64,000 nt of DNA from Gemmatimonadota bacterium (GCA_034521595.1 JAXHMG010000003.1:1792001-1856000), one strand, 5' to 3'; positions 19,762 to 31,766 are shown, counted from the stretch's first letter. A program made the numbers and translations. The notes: generated by a model not told the origin, from the sequence alone.

Positions 19762-22264
19762 GGACGGTACGTTTTCCCGTTGTCTAGCCATTTCTGGCGA
19801 CCCTCCAGTCCCACGCACGGCGACGGGCGTGGGCCCGGTCGGCTACTCATTTCGCCTCCCGGACCTCACCCGCCTCAGCACTGACGCGTAACATAGTGTC
19901 GGCGTCGGCATGCTGGTAGGCGGACTTGAGCGCCCGGGATGCCGCTGCCAACCACGCTGCCGCAGTGAACCTGCCCCGGCGTCACCGGAGACTGTCCACG
20001 TTGAGTGGCCCCAGGCACGCAGGCACCCCTCCGATCCCCATGGGCGCTCCTGAGATTGTCCTCGACGACGGCCTTGTACCGGCCCTGAAGGTCTTGTAGG
20101 GCAGGTGGGACTCGGACGAGGACCGGGTCCAAGGTGTTCCGTATCTCCGTCAGTCAACCATTCGGCGATCGTCCCGGACCTGGTCCTGTGGCCATGTCCC
20201 GGCGGCCCGCCAGGCCCACGCAGCCTTTCGACCGGGCGTTGTTGCGTCGTCCGTCGACTGGAACGGCAAAGTCGCCGTCCCGAAGACGTAGCCGCGCGCT
20301 GACCAGGCCATAGAACGGGGGCGAGCCCGACGCGCTCGAAGACGGTGTCGGTTCGCCCGGGCGACCTGCTCGGTAGCCTTCGCGGACTCGAGACGTCTGT
20401 GCATGCAGGTCTTCCAGCCGCCGATGACCGCAGTGAACCTCCCGCGGCTGGCGAACTGGCGGAGGCTCGTTCTGCTGTAGGCCAGCGTCCACCAGGGACG
20501 TCAGGCAGATGCGCTCCATGGAGGTGCCGTACTTCTGTGAACGCCGAAGCAGTAACAAGGAGCAGGCATCCTCGGTACGACAGAGGGTGGCATCCGAGGT
20601 TCCTGTCTCGAAGGTCAAGCGATCCGGGATATCATAGCGTGGGACGCGCAGGGAGCGACCGCGGTCCAGGCGTTTCCGCTTGGATCTCGACTCAGTCGGC
20701 GGTAGTGGCCACGGGCAGATCCGTCCGGCGAGCCTGGTCCTGTGGCACGCCCATGCGGTCTGCGCCAGAGCTGGATGTCGCGGAGCGGTCAATCTTCAGG
20801 ATGCTGTGTACACGTCGTGCCGAAGGTCGACCGGATGCCGGCCGTATGATCGGAGCCCCGTCTGCGAAGAGGGCGATCGCGTAGCTTCGCCTGGACTCCG
20901 GAGAGTCGGGGCGAGCCCGTCCGCACGAGCTCGACGCCACGGGTGGCTACGCCGGGCTGGTCGCTGTCCGAATCTCTTCGCGAGAGGTGGACCGCACCAT
21001 CGCGTCCAGGCTTCAGGTCTGCGATACGCACCGAGTGGGCGTCGTTGACCGACTCTCGGCTTCCGGGATGCCGCGAGGCCTCAAGGTGATGTTGGCGCAG
21101 GTACGTTCTGGCTGTTGGCGGGCGTAGCACCGAGCAGTGGCGTCTGGGCTCAGCTTGGTACTGGCCATCGCAACCGATTCGGTGCATCGCTCTGGCAGAG
21201 CAGTCGCAAAGGAGGCCGGCACGCCCCGTCCTTCGTAGCTTGTCGCCCGTTCGGTCGGCATTTCCGAGGATAGGGGACGCGGCCAGTCGGGTGTCGTAGC
21301 GTGTCACGGGACTATCATCGCGTCCCGACGTAGGTCACTCAGGGTGCCAATCGCCCGTCGGTACAACAGCTGTTGCGCTGTTGGAACTCGAGCCATGGCG
21401 GGTAATGGCTCAGCTGCCGTGGTGGCGAAGCCGAGTTCCCGGAAGCGGAGCGTACTCTCGGCGTCAGCCCGTTTCGTTCTGCGACCTTGGCTTGTTCACG
21501 AGCCGGACGTTGTGGAGCCGGCGAATCATCTCAGGATACTGGTGATGTCCGCAGCGTCTTTTGCGGGTAGGTCCTGCGATGCCGAGAGGCACTCGAAGAT
21601 GACCTGCAAGGGGCCGATACCGTCAGGGAGAGGGCCTCGGCAGGTGCGCTCCACACCCCGCGCAATCGCGGTGGACTGCGGAGATTTCATCGCATTCGGG
21701 TGCGCTTACTCCCGGCAGGCGGATGATGCGCACGCCGGGTAGGTCGACGTCCACCCGGCTCTTCCCGGGCTGGACATGAAGAGCATGCCCTCAACCGGTC
21801 CGCGTATCGCCGAACTGTGTGACAGCTGCCAGTCAGGTAATAGGACCGTGGCGACCGCCAATATTCTCCGCAAGCCAGCTCGTCCGCTGGGCGATCGAGG
21901 TCATCGGTGTAGAGGTTGCGATACAGGCGCCGGACCTGACCGGTGCTCGCGGACTCGGAGCTATTCTGGTCATTTCTCCGTACGACCGAGATCATGTCCG
22001 TAATGTTTATGGGTAGTAAAGATACCACAGAACCGCAAAACATTACAACCAGTCATCTGGACGGGCAAGAGTGTAATGCTCGTAGGGATGTTACATCTAA
22101 CATTACTCCCTAAATCATTAAGATGCTGCTGAGAGTGTGATGCAGATCAAATACCTGGTCGAGCGAGACGTTGTTCTCGTCGTACGTGTCGAGGCAGCGC
22201 AGTCCCTTCGGGCCAACCTCCGGAGGGCTCACATCCGCGCGAAGCCCCTCACGTCACTCCGGCA

Positions 22265-22443
22265 GCACGGACGCCCCTGCGGATCGCGCTCGAAGGCGGG
22301 GCCGGCCGTGAGCTAGGTCTATCCCGACTCGTCGGCGTTCATCCCCAAGATTCCTCGGCACCCGTGCAGTGGCTCACGAAGGCGATGCGGGCGCCGTCCG
22401 GTGACCACCGCGGCAGCTCGTCCCTGGCAGGGTCTTCCGTGAG
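22265..22443 (-). pseudogene. C-terminal fragment of TolB/PD40 beta-propeller protein
   Basis: LTEDPARDELPRWSPDGARIAFVS, then after a shift MNADESG*.*LTAGPAFERDP. Confidence 0.75.
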
Positions 22444-22495
22444 GGAATACGTTCCATCATGGTACCGTAATACAACCCGCGCTTCGGAGGCAGCC

Positions 22496-22731
22496 GTGAC
22501 CAACCTCACCATCAAGAACCTCCCCCAGCCTCTCTACGAGCGCCTCAAGGAGCGGGCGGCCCGGAATCGTCGCAGCCTGAACAGCGAAGTGATTCACGCG
22601 CTGGAGCGGGCTACGGGGAGCGTTCCGGTCGACGCCGAGGCCCTTCTAGCCCGGGTCCGGGCTGGACGACCGCTCCTGCCGTACCGTACGACGGATGAAC
22701 TCAGGGCCCTGCGGGATGCGGGCGGGCGTGA
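22496..22731 (+). pseudogene. FitA/Arc-type ribbon-helix-helix antitoxin, stop codon out of frame
   Basis: MTNLTIKNLPQPLYERLKERAARNRRSLNSEV; GGAGG RBS. Confidence 0.8.
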
Positions 22732-23134
22732 TCGTCGTCGACGTCAACGTGATCGCCGATCTGTCTATCGACGGGCCGGAGACCGAAGCAGCGGAGCGGG
22801 CCGCCGGCGCGGACCCGGGAACTGGGCGGCACCCCTGGCTCGGCGGAGTGAGTGGCACAGCGTTCTGGCCGGATACCTCCGACGAGGCGACCTCGACCAC
22901 GCAGCCGCCCTCGAATTAGTCGATACCGCGGCGGCGCTGGTCGCGGGCCGCGAGTACCTCGTGGACGGAGCCAGCGTCCTGTCGTTGGTACGGTCCTCTC
23001 CGTGCTCGGCCTACGACTGCGAGTACGTCGCCCTGGCGGATACCCTCGGCGTCCCGCTGGTCACATACGATCGCCAAGTGCTGGCTGCCTTTCCGGGTCG
23101 GACGACTACCCCGTCCGGATACGCACCCCGCTGA
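22728..23134 (+). pseudogene. vapC: VapC/FitB PIN-domain toxin, frameshift near 22818
   Basis: MIVVDVNVIA in one frame; SAYDCEYVALA..LVTYD in another. Confidence 0.8.
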
Positions 23135-23158
23135 GTCGCACGGGGAACTCGCGCGCGC

Positions 23159-23558
23159 TTGATTACCACCTTCACCACCACCGAGATCGCCCGGCTCCGG
23201 CTGCAGGCTCTGGGGCTGGCCGGACCTCCGGTGGCCTCGGACCCGACGGGCGTCGTCGCCCACCACCTGGCCATGCAGGCCCAGGACTTCCCGGCCTCCA
23301 GATGGGCGGTGGGCTCTCGACTCCCGGGGAGCACCGAGGCGGCGGTCCTGGCGGCCTACGACGCCGGCGCGATCGTGCGCTCCTGGCCCATGCGGGGCAC
23401 GGTGCACGTGGTGGCCGCCCCGGATCTTCCGTGGATGCTGGAGCACCTGAGTCCCCGGGCACTCACGGGCGTGAAGCGCCGGTGGGACTACCTGGGCATC
23501 GACCAGCCGTTTCTGGAGCGCGCCCGGGACGTGGCGGAGGAGCTCCTTCGGGGCGGTC
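23159..23558 (+). pseudogene. 5' fragment of AlkZ-like (HTH_42) winged-helix DNA glycosylase
   Basis: AMQAQD, IVRSWPMRGTVH; similarity stops after about 130 aa. Confidence 0.75.
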
Positions 23559-23949
23559 GCGCAGGCACGGGCGACGGCCGACGGCTTGGACATCACCTTC
23601 GACACCGGTGACGCCGGTGACTTGCCGTACCCCGATGACGCCTTCGACCTCGTGCTCTCCTCCTTCGGCATCATGTTCGTGCCCGACCAGGAGCAGGTGG
23701 CCGACGAGCTCGTGCGCGTGTGCCGACCGGGAAGCCGTCTTCCACTATGTGCGGCCCGGTGACTGGATCGACGTCATGGCCGAGTATTACGGGCCGATCG
23801 TGAAGGCACTCGAACGGTTGGACGAGGCGGGGAAGAAATCGCTGATCGAGGATCTCAAGGACGTGACCGCCCAGGCATCTCGCCCCGTCGAGGAAGCCTG
23901 CGAGCTTCCCTCGGCCTACCTGGAGGTCGTGGGCTCCGTTCTTGTATGA
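23559..23949 (+). pseudogene. Fragments of class I SAM methyltransferase
   Basis: [36 protein letters not shown], then C-terminal YYGP...AYLEVV in another frame; N-terminus absent. Confidence 0.7.
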
Positions 23950-24001
23950 TGATCAGCCGTCAGTCTACGAACCCGACACCTGAATGCGAGCAGGCCTCGG
24001 C

Positions 24002-24625
24002 ATGGACAATCCGTTTCGTGGACGCCTGAACGCCGCGGGGCTCGATCTCATCGACGGCCTCATGCACCGAGTGTACGGCCCCCGCAAAGAACGGCTGTTC
24101 GACGGGGACCCATCCCGCGTGGTGGAGATCGGTCCAGGGGTCGGGGCGAACTTCCGCTACTACGCAGCAGGAACGCAGGTGGTCGGGATCGAGCCGAGCC
24201 CCGGAATGCACGGCCGCCTCCGGCGGCGAGCCCGAAGCCGGGACCTCGACCTCGATCTCGTTGCGGCCCATGCGGAGGAACTGCCATTGGAGACCGGATC
24301 CGAGGAGTGGGTCGTGGGAACGCTCGTGTTGTGCACCGTCGGCTCGCCCGAGGCCGCGCTCTCGGAGATCGTGCGCATCCTGCGACCCGGTGGACGGTTC
24401 GTCTTCATCGAGCACGTGGCCGCGGCTCCGCACTCGGCGCTCGGAGCCGTGCAGCGAGGGCTCCGGCGACCGTGGCGTTGGATGTTCGAAGGATGCACGC
24501 TCGACCGGCGGACGCTTCAACGCATCGAAGCCGCGGGGTTCCGGGAGGTGCGGGCGGAACGGTTCACCGTGGGGGGCGGCCTTCTGCCCGTGAGCCCGCA
24601 CGTCGGGGGGATCGCGGTGCGCTGA
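24002..24625 (+). CDS. Class I SAM-dependent methyltransferase (type 11)
   Basis: VVEIGPGVGAN, TLVLCTV, RILRPGG, FIEHV. Confidence 0.88.
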   Translation: MDNPFRGRLNAAGLDLIDGLMHRVYGPRKERLFDGDPSRVVEIGPGVGANFRYYAAGTQVVGIEPSPGMHGRLRRRARSRDLDLDLVAAHAEELPLETGSEEWVVGTLVLCTVGSPEAALSEIVRILRPGGRFVFIEHVAAAPHSALGAVQRGLRRPWRWMFEGCTLDRRTLQRIEAAGFREVRAERFTVGGGLLPVSPHVGGIAVR

Positions 24626-24661
24626 TCGACAACGACCCGGTCGCAGAGAAGGTGTCGCCCG

Positions 24662-26791
24662 CTACGCGGGGTCCGGGGTCACGTCCCCGATCCGTACCCC
24701 GCTCCTCCGCAGCACCGCACGGACACGTGCCTGCAGGCGGGTGACCGCCACGGGCTTGAGCATGTAGTCGTCGGCGCCGTGGTCGAGCAGCGCGATCTCG
24801 TTCCTGGGATCCGGTGAGCTCGTGAGGACGAGGACCGGCAGAAACTGGGTGGTGAGCGACTGCCGGATCCGACGGAGCACATCGAGGCCGTCCATGCCGG
24901 GAAGCATGAGGTCGAGAAGGACCATCGAGAACACGTGCTCTCCTTTCTCGAGCAGCTCGACAGCTTCCTCACCGGTTTCGGCCTCGATCACGTCGAACCC
25001 GAGGTCACGGACGATGGAGCCGATCAGCAATCGGTCCTGGGCTTCGTCTTCGACCAGCAGGATCGGCCCGGCGGAGCTGGGCGTCTCCTCACGAGGCGGC
25101 ACGATCCCGAGCACGCGCTCGACTTCCTCGACCGTGGTCTCTCCGCGCCCCACCCGGTCGAGCGCGACGTCGGCGAGCTCGCGCATGCCCTCCATGCGTG
25201 CCGCCATCTGGAGATCCTCGTCCTCCGCACCTTCGGAGAGGAGCGCGCGGAGTCCGGGCGTGAGCACCAGCACTTCGGCTACGGGAAGCTGTCCATGGTA
25301 GCCCGTGCCCGCGCAGGCACGACAGCCCACGGCACGACGGGGTGGGAGAACGCCGAGGTGGCCGGCGAGCTTGCGTTCCCGGGACGGCAGGTCGTCCGGC
25401 ATGTCCACCGAGCGCGCGCAGTGCGGACAGAGCCGGCGCACCAATCGCAGCGATACGACCGCGTGCAACGACTCCGCGAGTCGCCCGGCCGCGAGGCCGA
25501 GATCCCGTAGCCTCCGGATTCCGGATACGGCATCGGGCGTGTGGACGGTCGCGAGAACCTTGCGGCCCGTCACTGCCGTGCGAAGCGCGATTCGGGCCGT
25601 CGCGAGGTCGCGAATCTCCCCGGCGTGCACGACGTCTGGATCCCGGTCGAGCAAGGTCTGAAGGGTCTCCGCGAACGAGAGTCCGGTCGAGGCATCGTAC
25701 CGGATCTGCGTGACGCCGGGCACGTGCAATTCCACTCGCCCTTCGAGGGACAGCACGTTCCGCTTGTTGAGCGCGAACATGCTCGCATGGATGAAGCTGG
25801 TCGTACCGGATCGAGCCGGACCGGTCACGAGCACGAGTCCGTCGGGTCGCTCGAGCAGCTCGCGGATCGTCTCCCCCTCGGGTCCGTCGAAGCCGAGCGT
25901 GTCGAGCGTCGGCACCACGTCCGGTCGCACGAGCCGGACCGAGGCGAGCTCCCCGTCGGGGGTCGGGGTCGTCAGGAGATGGGCCACCCGCTTGAGGTCG
26001 CGGCCGGCCTGTACCAAAAAGCCGCCGTCCGCTCTCGCGTCCACGCCCTCGGCGATGTACTTGAGCCGTGCCACTAGCCGTTGATGGGCGGCCGCCGGCA
26101 GCGGCACGACCTGCTGCAGGACCCCGTCGATTCTGTAGCGCACGCGCCCGCGCTGCCGGTCGGGCTCGATATGGACCTCGGTGGCCCGGTACCGCACGGC
26201 TTGCTGGAGAATCACGTCGGCAAGCTTGACGACGGCCGGATCCTCGAGCTCGAAGCTGGTGAAGGAGCCGCGCCCATCGGACGTCACGACCTGGAAGTCA
26301 CTCTCGGCCACCTCGGCCACGAGCTCCTGCAGGGAGTTCCCGGGTGCCTGTTGTGGTGCGTAGGCCCGATCGAGCGCCTGAGCGATGGCGGTCGGACTCG
26401 CCATCAACAGCACCGGCTCCCTTCCGGTGTTGTCGACGACGGCCTTGAGGGCCGCGCGGTTCGACGGATCGGAGGTCGCGACGACCACGTTCCGCTCCGT
26501 CAGCGAGACCGCGAGGATGCCGTACCGCCGGGCCACGGACTCGGGGATGAGCCGCACCGCCTGGGGGTCGCGCTGGCTCACGTCCGCGACACCGATCCGG
26601 AAGTGGCTGGCGGCCCGACGCGTGAACTCGGCCTCCGTGGTCCCACACGCCTCCACCACGCGGGTCCAGGCCTTACGCAACATGGCCAGGTCGAGACGCG
26701 GCGGCAGGTCGAGCGCGAGGCCGGCGTGGCCGGCGACGTCCTTCAACCAGTGTGAGGAAGAGGTCGACTGCATACGCGGATCGCTGGGCAT
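24662..26791 (-). CDS. GspE/PilB-family ATPase-like protein with degenerate Walker A and C-terminal receiver domain
   Basis: VHIEP, RYRIDGVL, GPARSGTTS, GEIRD, CPHC/CRAC; C-terminal LLVEDE..LLDLMLPGMDG..KP. Confidence 0.88.
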   Translation of the reverse strand: MPSDPRMQSTSSSHWLKDVAGHAGLALDLPPRLDLAMLRKAWTRVVEACGTTEAEFTRRAASHFRIGVADVSQRDPQAVRLIPESVARRYGILAVSLTERNVVVATSDPSNRAALKAVVDNTGREPVLLMASPTAIAQALDRAYAPQQAPGNSLQELVAEVAESDFQVVTSDGRGSFTSFELEDPAVVKLADVILQQAVRYRATEVHIEPDRQRGRVRYRIDGVLQQVVPLPAAAHQRLVARLKYIAEGVDARADGGFLVQAGRDLKRVAHLLTTPTPDGELASVRLVRPDVVPTLDTLGFDGPEGETIRELLERPDGLVLVTGPARSGTTSFIHASMFALNKRNVLSLEGRVELHVPGVTQIRYDASTGLSFAETLQTLLDRDPDVVHAGEIRDLATARIALRTAVTGRKVLATVHTPDAVSGIRRLRDLGLAAGRLAESLHAVVSLRLVRRLCPHCARSVDMPDDLPSRERKLAGHLGVLPPRRAVGCRACAGTGYHGQLPVAEVLVLTPGLRALLSEGAEDEDLQMAARMEGMRELADVALDRVGRGETTVEEVERVLGIVPPREETPSSAGPILLVEDEAQDRLLIGSIVRDLGFDVIEAETGEEAVELLEKGEHVFSMVLLDLMLPGMDGLDVLRRIRQSLTTQFLPVLVLTSSPDPRNEIALLDHGADDYMLKPVAVTRLQARVRAVLRRSGVRIGDVTPDPA

Positions 26792-26923
26792 CCGGTCGTG
26801 ATTGAAGTGATCGAAGCGGCGGGGGGAGGCCGTAAGGGACGGACGCCCGGACAATATGGCAAGAACGCGGCCAATGTCATTGGGGTCTGGCGCGCGTCGC
26901 CGACACCTCGCTACCGTCCACGC

Positions 26924-29167
26924 ATGCCACGCATCACGCTCCCCACCGTCGTCGCGACGCTCACGCTCCTCGCGCCCGCCTCGTCCACCGCCCAGCAGGA
27001 CGTGCAAGTCCCCCCGGGCGACGGCCCCGCCCCCATCGAGGATCTCGACGCCGCGCCCCGCCCGGAAGCCACGGCCGTGCGGGCCTCCGGAGCGATCGCG
27101 ATCGACGGGGTGCTCGACGACGACGCGTGGGCGGACGCCTCGGTGATCGATCGGTTCATCCAACAGAAGCCCGACCCGGGGCTGCCCGCGACCGAGCGCA
27201 CCGAAGTCCGGATCCTCTACGACGACGAGCACCTCTACATCGGAGCCGAGATGTTCGACTCCGATCCGTCGTCGCTCGTGATCCCCACCTTACAGCGCGA
27301 CCCCAACACCCGCGACGGAGATGCATTCGGCTTCACGCTCGACACGTTCCACGACGGGCAGAGCTCGTTCGCCTACTTCATCAACCCGGGCGGCGCGGTT
27401 CGCGACGTCCAGACCGACGACGACGGCCGCGTCAGCAACGCGGCATGGGAATCGGCCCACGAGGTGCAGACCCGCATCCACGAGCGAGGCTGGACGCTGG
27501 AGATGGCGATCCCGTGGTCGACGCTCCGGTTCGACGGGGGCCTGGAGGAGCAAGTGTGGGGCCTCAACCTGCTTCGCCGCATCCGGCGGAAGAACGAGGA
27601 CGCCACGTGGGCGCCGATGGACCGCCGGTGGGCGCTCTACGTGATGTCACGTGCGGGCACCCTGTCCGGCCTGGACGGCATAACGCCCGGACGCAACCTC
27701 TCGGTAAAGCCGTTCCTCGTGGGCAGCCACCCCTCCGGCTCGCTCCAGGCTCAGGCCGGCACGGAGCTCGACGCCGGCGGCGACCTCAAATACGGACTCA
27801 CGCCGGGACTCACGCTCGACCTCACGGCCAACACCGACTTCAGTCAGGTCGAAGTGGATCAGCAGCAGGTGAACCTCACCCGCTTCTCACTCTTCTTCCC
27901 GGAGAAGCGGGAGTTCTTCCTCGAGAACTCGGGACTCTTCCAGTTCGGGGACCAGGGCCAGTACAGCCAGCGCAACGGGGCCACCAACCGCGATTTCACC
28001 CTCTTCCACTCGCGCCGCATCGGGCTCACGCCGAGCGGAGCGCCGCTCCCCATCCTCGCCGGCGGACGCATGAGCGGCACCGCGGGCCCGGTGTCGGTGG
28101 GGCTGCTCAACGTGCAGACCCGTGAAGAGGACGGCTTCGAGCCGGAGAACTTCACGGTGGCCCGCCTGAGGGGCGAGCCCGCTCCGGGCCTCACCACCGG
28201 CGGCATCTTCGTCGACCGCCGCGCGACCTCGAGCTCTTCGGCAGCCAACCGATCCTGGGGCGTGGATCTGAGCTGGGAAGCCCTGGACAACTATCTCCTG
28301 GTGCAGTCGTACCTGGCCGGGACGGACGCGACCCGGGCCGACGGCACGGAGCTCGACGGAGGAACCGCCGGGCGAATCTCGGCGGCGTGGCGCGATCCCT
28401 TCTGGGAGATCGAGACGCTCTACCGCCAGTTCGACGACACCTTCGATCCGGGCGTCGGGTTCGTGCGCCGTCGGGGGATCCGGCACGGCTACGGCACGGT
28501 GGGCGTGCGCCCCCGCGTGGCGTGGGGCCCGCTGCAGCAGCTCAACCCGTACGTCGAGACGCACTACTTCGCCGACCTCGAGGGGGTCCTGGAAACTCGA
28601 GAGCTCCGGGGCGGGCTCGACGTGGACTTCGACGACGGGGGCACGGCGGGCGTGAGCGTGACCGACCGGTTCGAGCGGGTACCGTCGGCGTTTACCGTGC
28701 GGGGGGCGACCGTCTCCACGGGCGCCTACGCGTTCCGGGAAGCCGAAGCCTCGTACACGGCGAGCCGGGCCCGCGCGCTCTCGGGGGAGTTCTCGGTCGG
28801 CGGAGGCGGCTACTTCGGCGGCGAACGTCTCTCCGTCCGCGGCAGCGTCCTCGGACGGCTCGGTTACACGGCGCTCCTCGATCTCTCCGCCGAGCACAAC
28901 CGGATCGACCTTCCCGGACAAGCGCCGGTCACGGCCGACGTGTACGGCGCCAAGCTGGACCTCTTCTTCTCGACTCGGCTGCTCACGAGCGCGTTCGTCC
29001 AGTACAACGAGGCCACCGAGGAGCTGATCACCAACGTTCGCTTCAACTGGATCCACGCGCCGCTGTCCGACCTCTACCTGGTGCTGACCGAACGGCGCGA
29101 CACCGCGGCCGGCGAGGTCCTGGAGCGCCTGCTCAGCCTCAAGGTGACGAAGCTGATCTCGTTCTAG
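26924..29167 (+). CDS. CBM9-like/DUF5916 outer-membrane protein
   Basis: Signal peptide, IDGVLDD..W, NTDFSQVEVD, FFPEKREFFLE, FHSRRIG, terminal Phe. Confidence 0.88.
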   Translation: MPRITLPTVVATLTLLAPASSTAQQDVQVPPGDGPAPIEDLDAAPRPEATAVRASGAIAIDGVLDDDAWADASVIDRFIQQKPDPGLPATERTEVRILYDDEHLYIGAEMFDSDPSSLVIPTLQRDPNTRDGDAFGFTLDTFHDGQSSFAYFINPGGAVRDVQTDDDGRVSNAAWESAHEVQTRIHERGWTLEMAIPWSTLRFDGGLEEQVWGLNLLRRIRRKNEDATWAPMDRRWALYVMSRAGTLSGLDGITPGRNLSVKPFLVGSHPSGSLQAQAGTELDAGGDLKYGLTPGLTLDLTANTDFSQVEVDQQQVNLTRFSLFFPEKREFFLENSGLFQFGDQGQYSQRNGATNRDFTLFHSRRIGLTPSGAPLPILAGGRMSGTAGPVSVGLLNVQTREEDGFEPENFTVARLRGEPAPGLTTGGIFVDRRATSSSSAANRSWGVDLSWEALDNYLLVQSYLAGTDATRADGTELDGGTAGRISAAWRDPFWEIETLYRQFDDTFDPGVGFVRRRGIRHGYGTVGVRPRVAWGPLQQLNPYVETHYFADLEGVLETRELRGGLDVDFDDGGTAGVSVTDRFERVPSAFTVRGATVSTGAYAFREAEASYTASRARALSGEFSVGGGGYFGGERLSVRGSVLGRLGYTALLDLSAEHNRIDLPGQAPVTADVYGAKLDLFFSTRLLTSAFVQYNEATEELITNVRFNWIHAPLSDLYLVLTERRDTAAGEVLERLLSLKVTKLISF

Positions 29168-29201
29168 AGAAAGAGGGGGCCCACCCGGCGGGTGGGCCCC
29201 C
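29168..29201. terminator. Intrinsic terminator hairpin between convergent genes
   Basis: 12-bp stem gggggcccaccc/gggtgggccccc (29175-29201); pyrimidine tail TCTTTCT on the minus strand. Confidence 0.75.
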
Positions 29202-29216
29202 GAGCCCACATTCGGG

Positions 29217-30035
29217 TCAGTCGTCGATCTCGATCTCGGTGAAGCCGTTCTCCATCTCCACCTCGAACTCGAGGATCCGTCCGGTGGAATCATAGTCCCA
29301 GCTCTGCAGCTCGAGCACCGAGCCGTCGGAGCGGCCGAACCAGATCTCCGGTCGGATGTCGATGGTGAGATCGGGATTCACGTCGCTCTCACCGACGACG
29401 AGCGGTGGAATCAGGTCACGCTCGACCTCGATCTCGGCCTCGAGAAAGACCCGAAAAGACGAGACCTCTCCGTCCGTCGACTCGAAGGACCCGGCCACGA
29501 GCGCGGTCGCCTCGTCGGGCCAGTCCGGGAACTCGTCCAGGATCTCCGCCCTGAGGGCTTCGATCTCGGCAGCGAACTCCGTGTCGTCCTCATCGTCCTC
29601 GAGGTCCTCGATCTCGAACTCGAGCTCGTCGTAGGTGTTGGGGGGGATGAGCCCCACGAAGGCCTCGACCGGTGTTCCGTCGAGCGGAAGGTCGAGGAAG
29701 CGCGGCGGCGCCTCGAAGTCAGCGCAGTCGTCACCTTCACCCTGGTCCTCGCAAGCGTCGTCGTCACCATCGAGCTCGACCTCGGCGACGATCAGCCGGA
29801 TCTCGTCGATCGTGAGCGTGCCGTTCGTGCCCTCCAGCGCGAGCGGCGGGCCCGCCACGCGCAGCGGGCCGCTGGTAGCGGCCGGGCCGCTCGTGGCTTG
29901 CGCCGACGACTCTGTGGAAACCTGGAAGTTGAGCGCGACCGCCGCGGGATCGTTCACTCCGATCGAGTCGTCGCACGCGGACAGCGTGAACGCCCCGAGA
30001 AGAAGCACGACCACTTTCGAAAGTGGGTGTCTCAT
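29217..30035 (-). CDS. Acidic lipoprotein, DUF4382-like
   Basis: Lipobox LSAC; IPPNTYDELEF and LTIDIRPEIWF resemble the DUF4382 pattern. Confidence 0.75.
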   Translation of the reverse strand: MRHPLSKVVVLLLGAFTLSACDDSIGVNDPAAVALNFQVSTESSAQATSGPAATSGPLRVAGPPLALEGTNGTLTIDEIRLIVAEVELDGDDDACEDQGEGDDCADFEAPPRFLDLPLDGTPVEAFVGLIPPNTYDELEFEIEDLEDDEDDTEFAAEIEALRAEILDEFPDWPDEATALVAGSFESTDGEVSSFRVFLEAEIEVERDLIPPLVVGESDVNPDLTIDIRPEIWFGRSDGSVLELQSWDYDSTGRILEFEVEMENGFTEIEIDD

Positions 30036-30094
30036 GAACCTGAGCTCCGTCGATTGAGGTGACGTTGAAGTTGGGTGGGTCGGAGCGAAGGAGT

Positions 30095-30110
30095 TGCAAC
30101 GGAGATGCCA
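30095..30110 (-). promoter_or_regulatory. Sigma-54 -24/-12 promoter of the lipoprotein gene
   Basis: Minus strand TGGCATCTCCGTTGCA, exact GG-N10-GC, about 60 bp upstream of ATG 30035. Confidence 0.8.
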
Positions 30111-30238
30111 TGCGCGGGCAAGCCTCGACAAAACCTGTATATGCATTGACAGCAACATCTTAAACAACGCACCCATCCCCGACCCCCAGACCGCCACCTA
30201 CCCTCAAGCACTATTTGTATACCCACGCCGCGCCGTGT

Positions 30239-30255
30239 TGCATTATATTGGTGCA
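30239..30255. promoter_or_regulatory. NtrC-like enhancer palindrome (UAS 1)
   Basis: TGCATTATATTGGTGCA, abutting the activator ATG at 30256. Confidence 0.7.
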
Positions 30256-31629
<1,374 letters not shown>

Positions 31630-31654
31630 GCCACGGCCGATCACGAAACAATCC

Positions 31655-31671
31655 TGCACCACTTCAGTGCA
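31655..31671. promoter_or_regulatory. NtrC-like enhancer palindrome (UAS 2)
   Basis: TGCACCACTTCAGTGCA, same TGCA-N9-TGCA geometry as UAS 1. Confidence 0.7.
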
Positions 31672-31766
31672 CGCAGCAGCGTTCGGCGGCGTCCGCCTCC
31701 GGATCGGGAGCGACAGAGAAGAGCGTAAGCCGCTGTATCGCCACGGGATACGCCACACCTCCTTCC

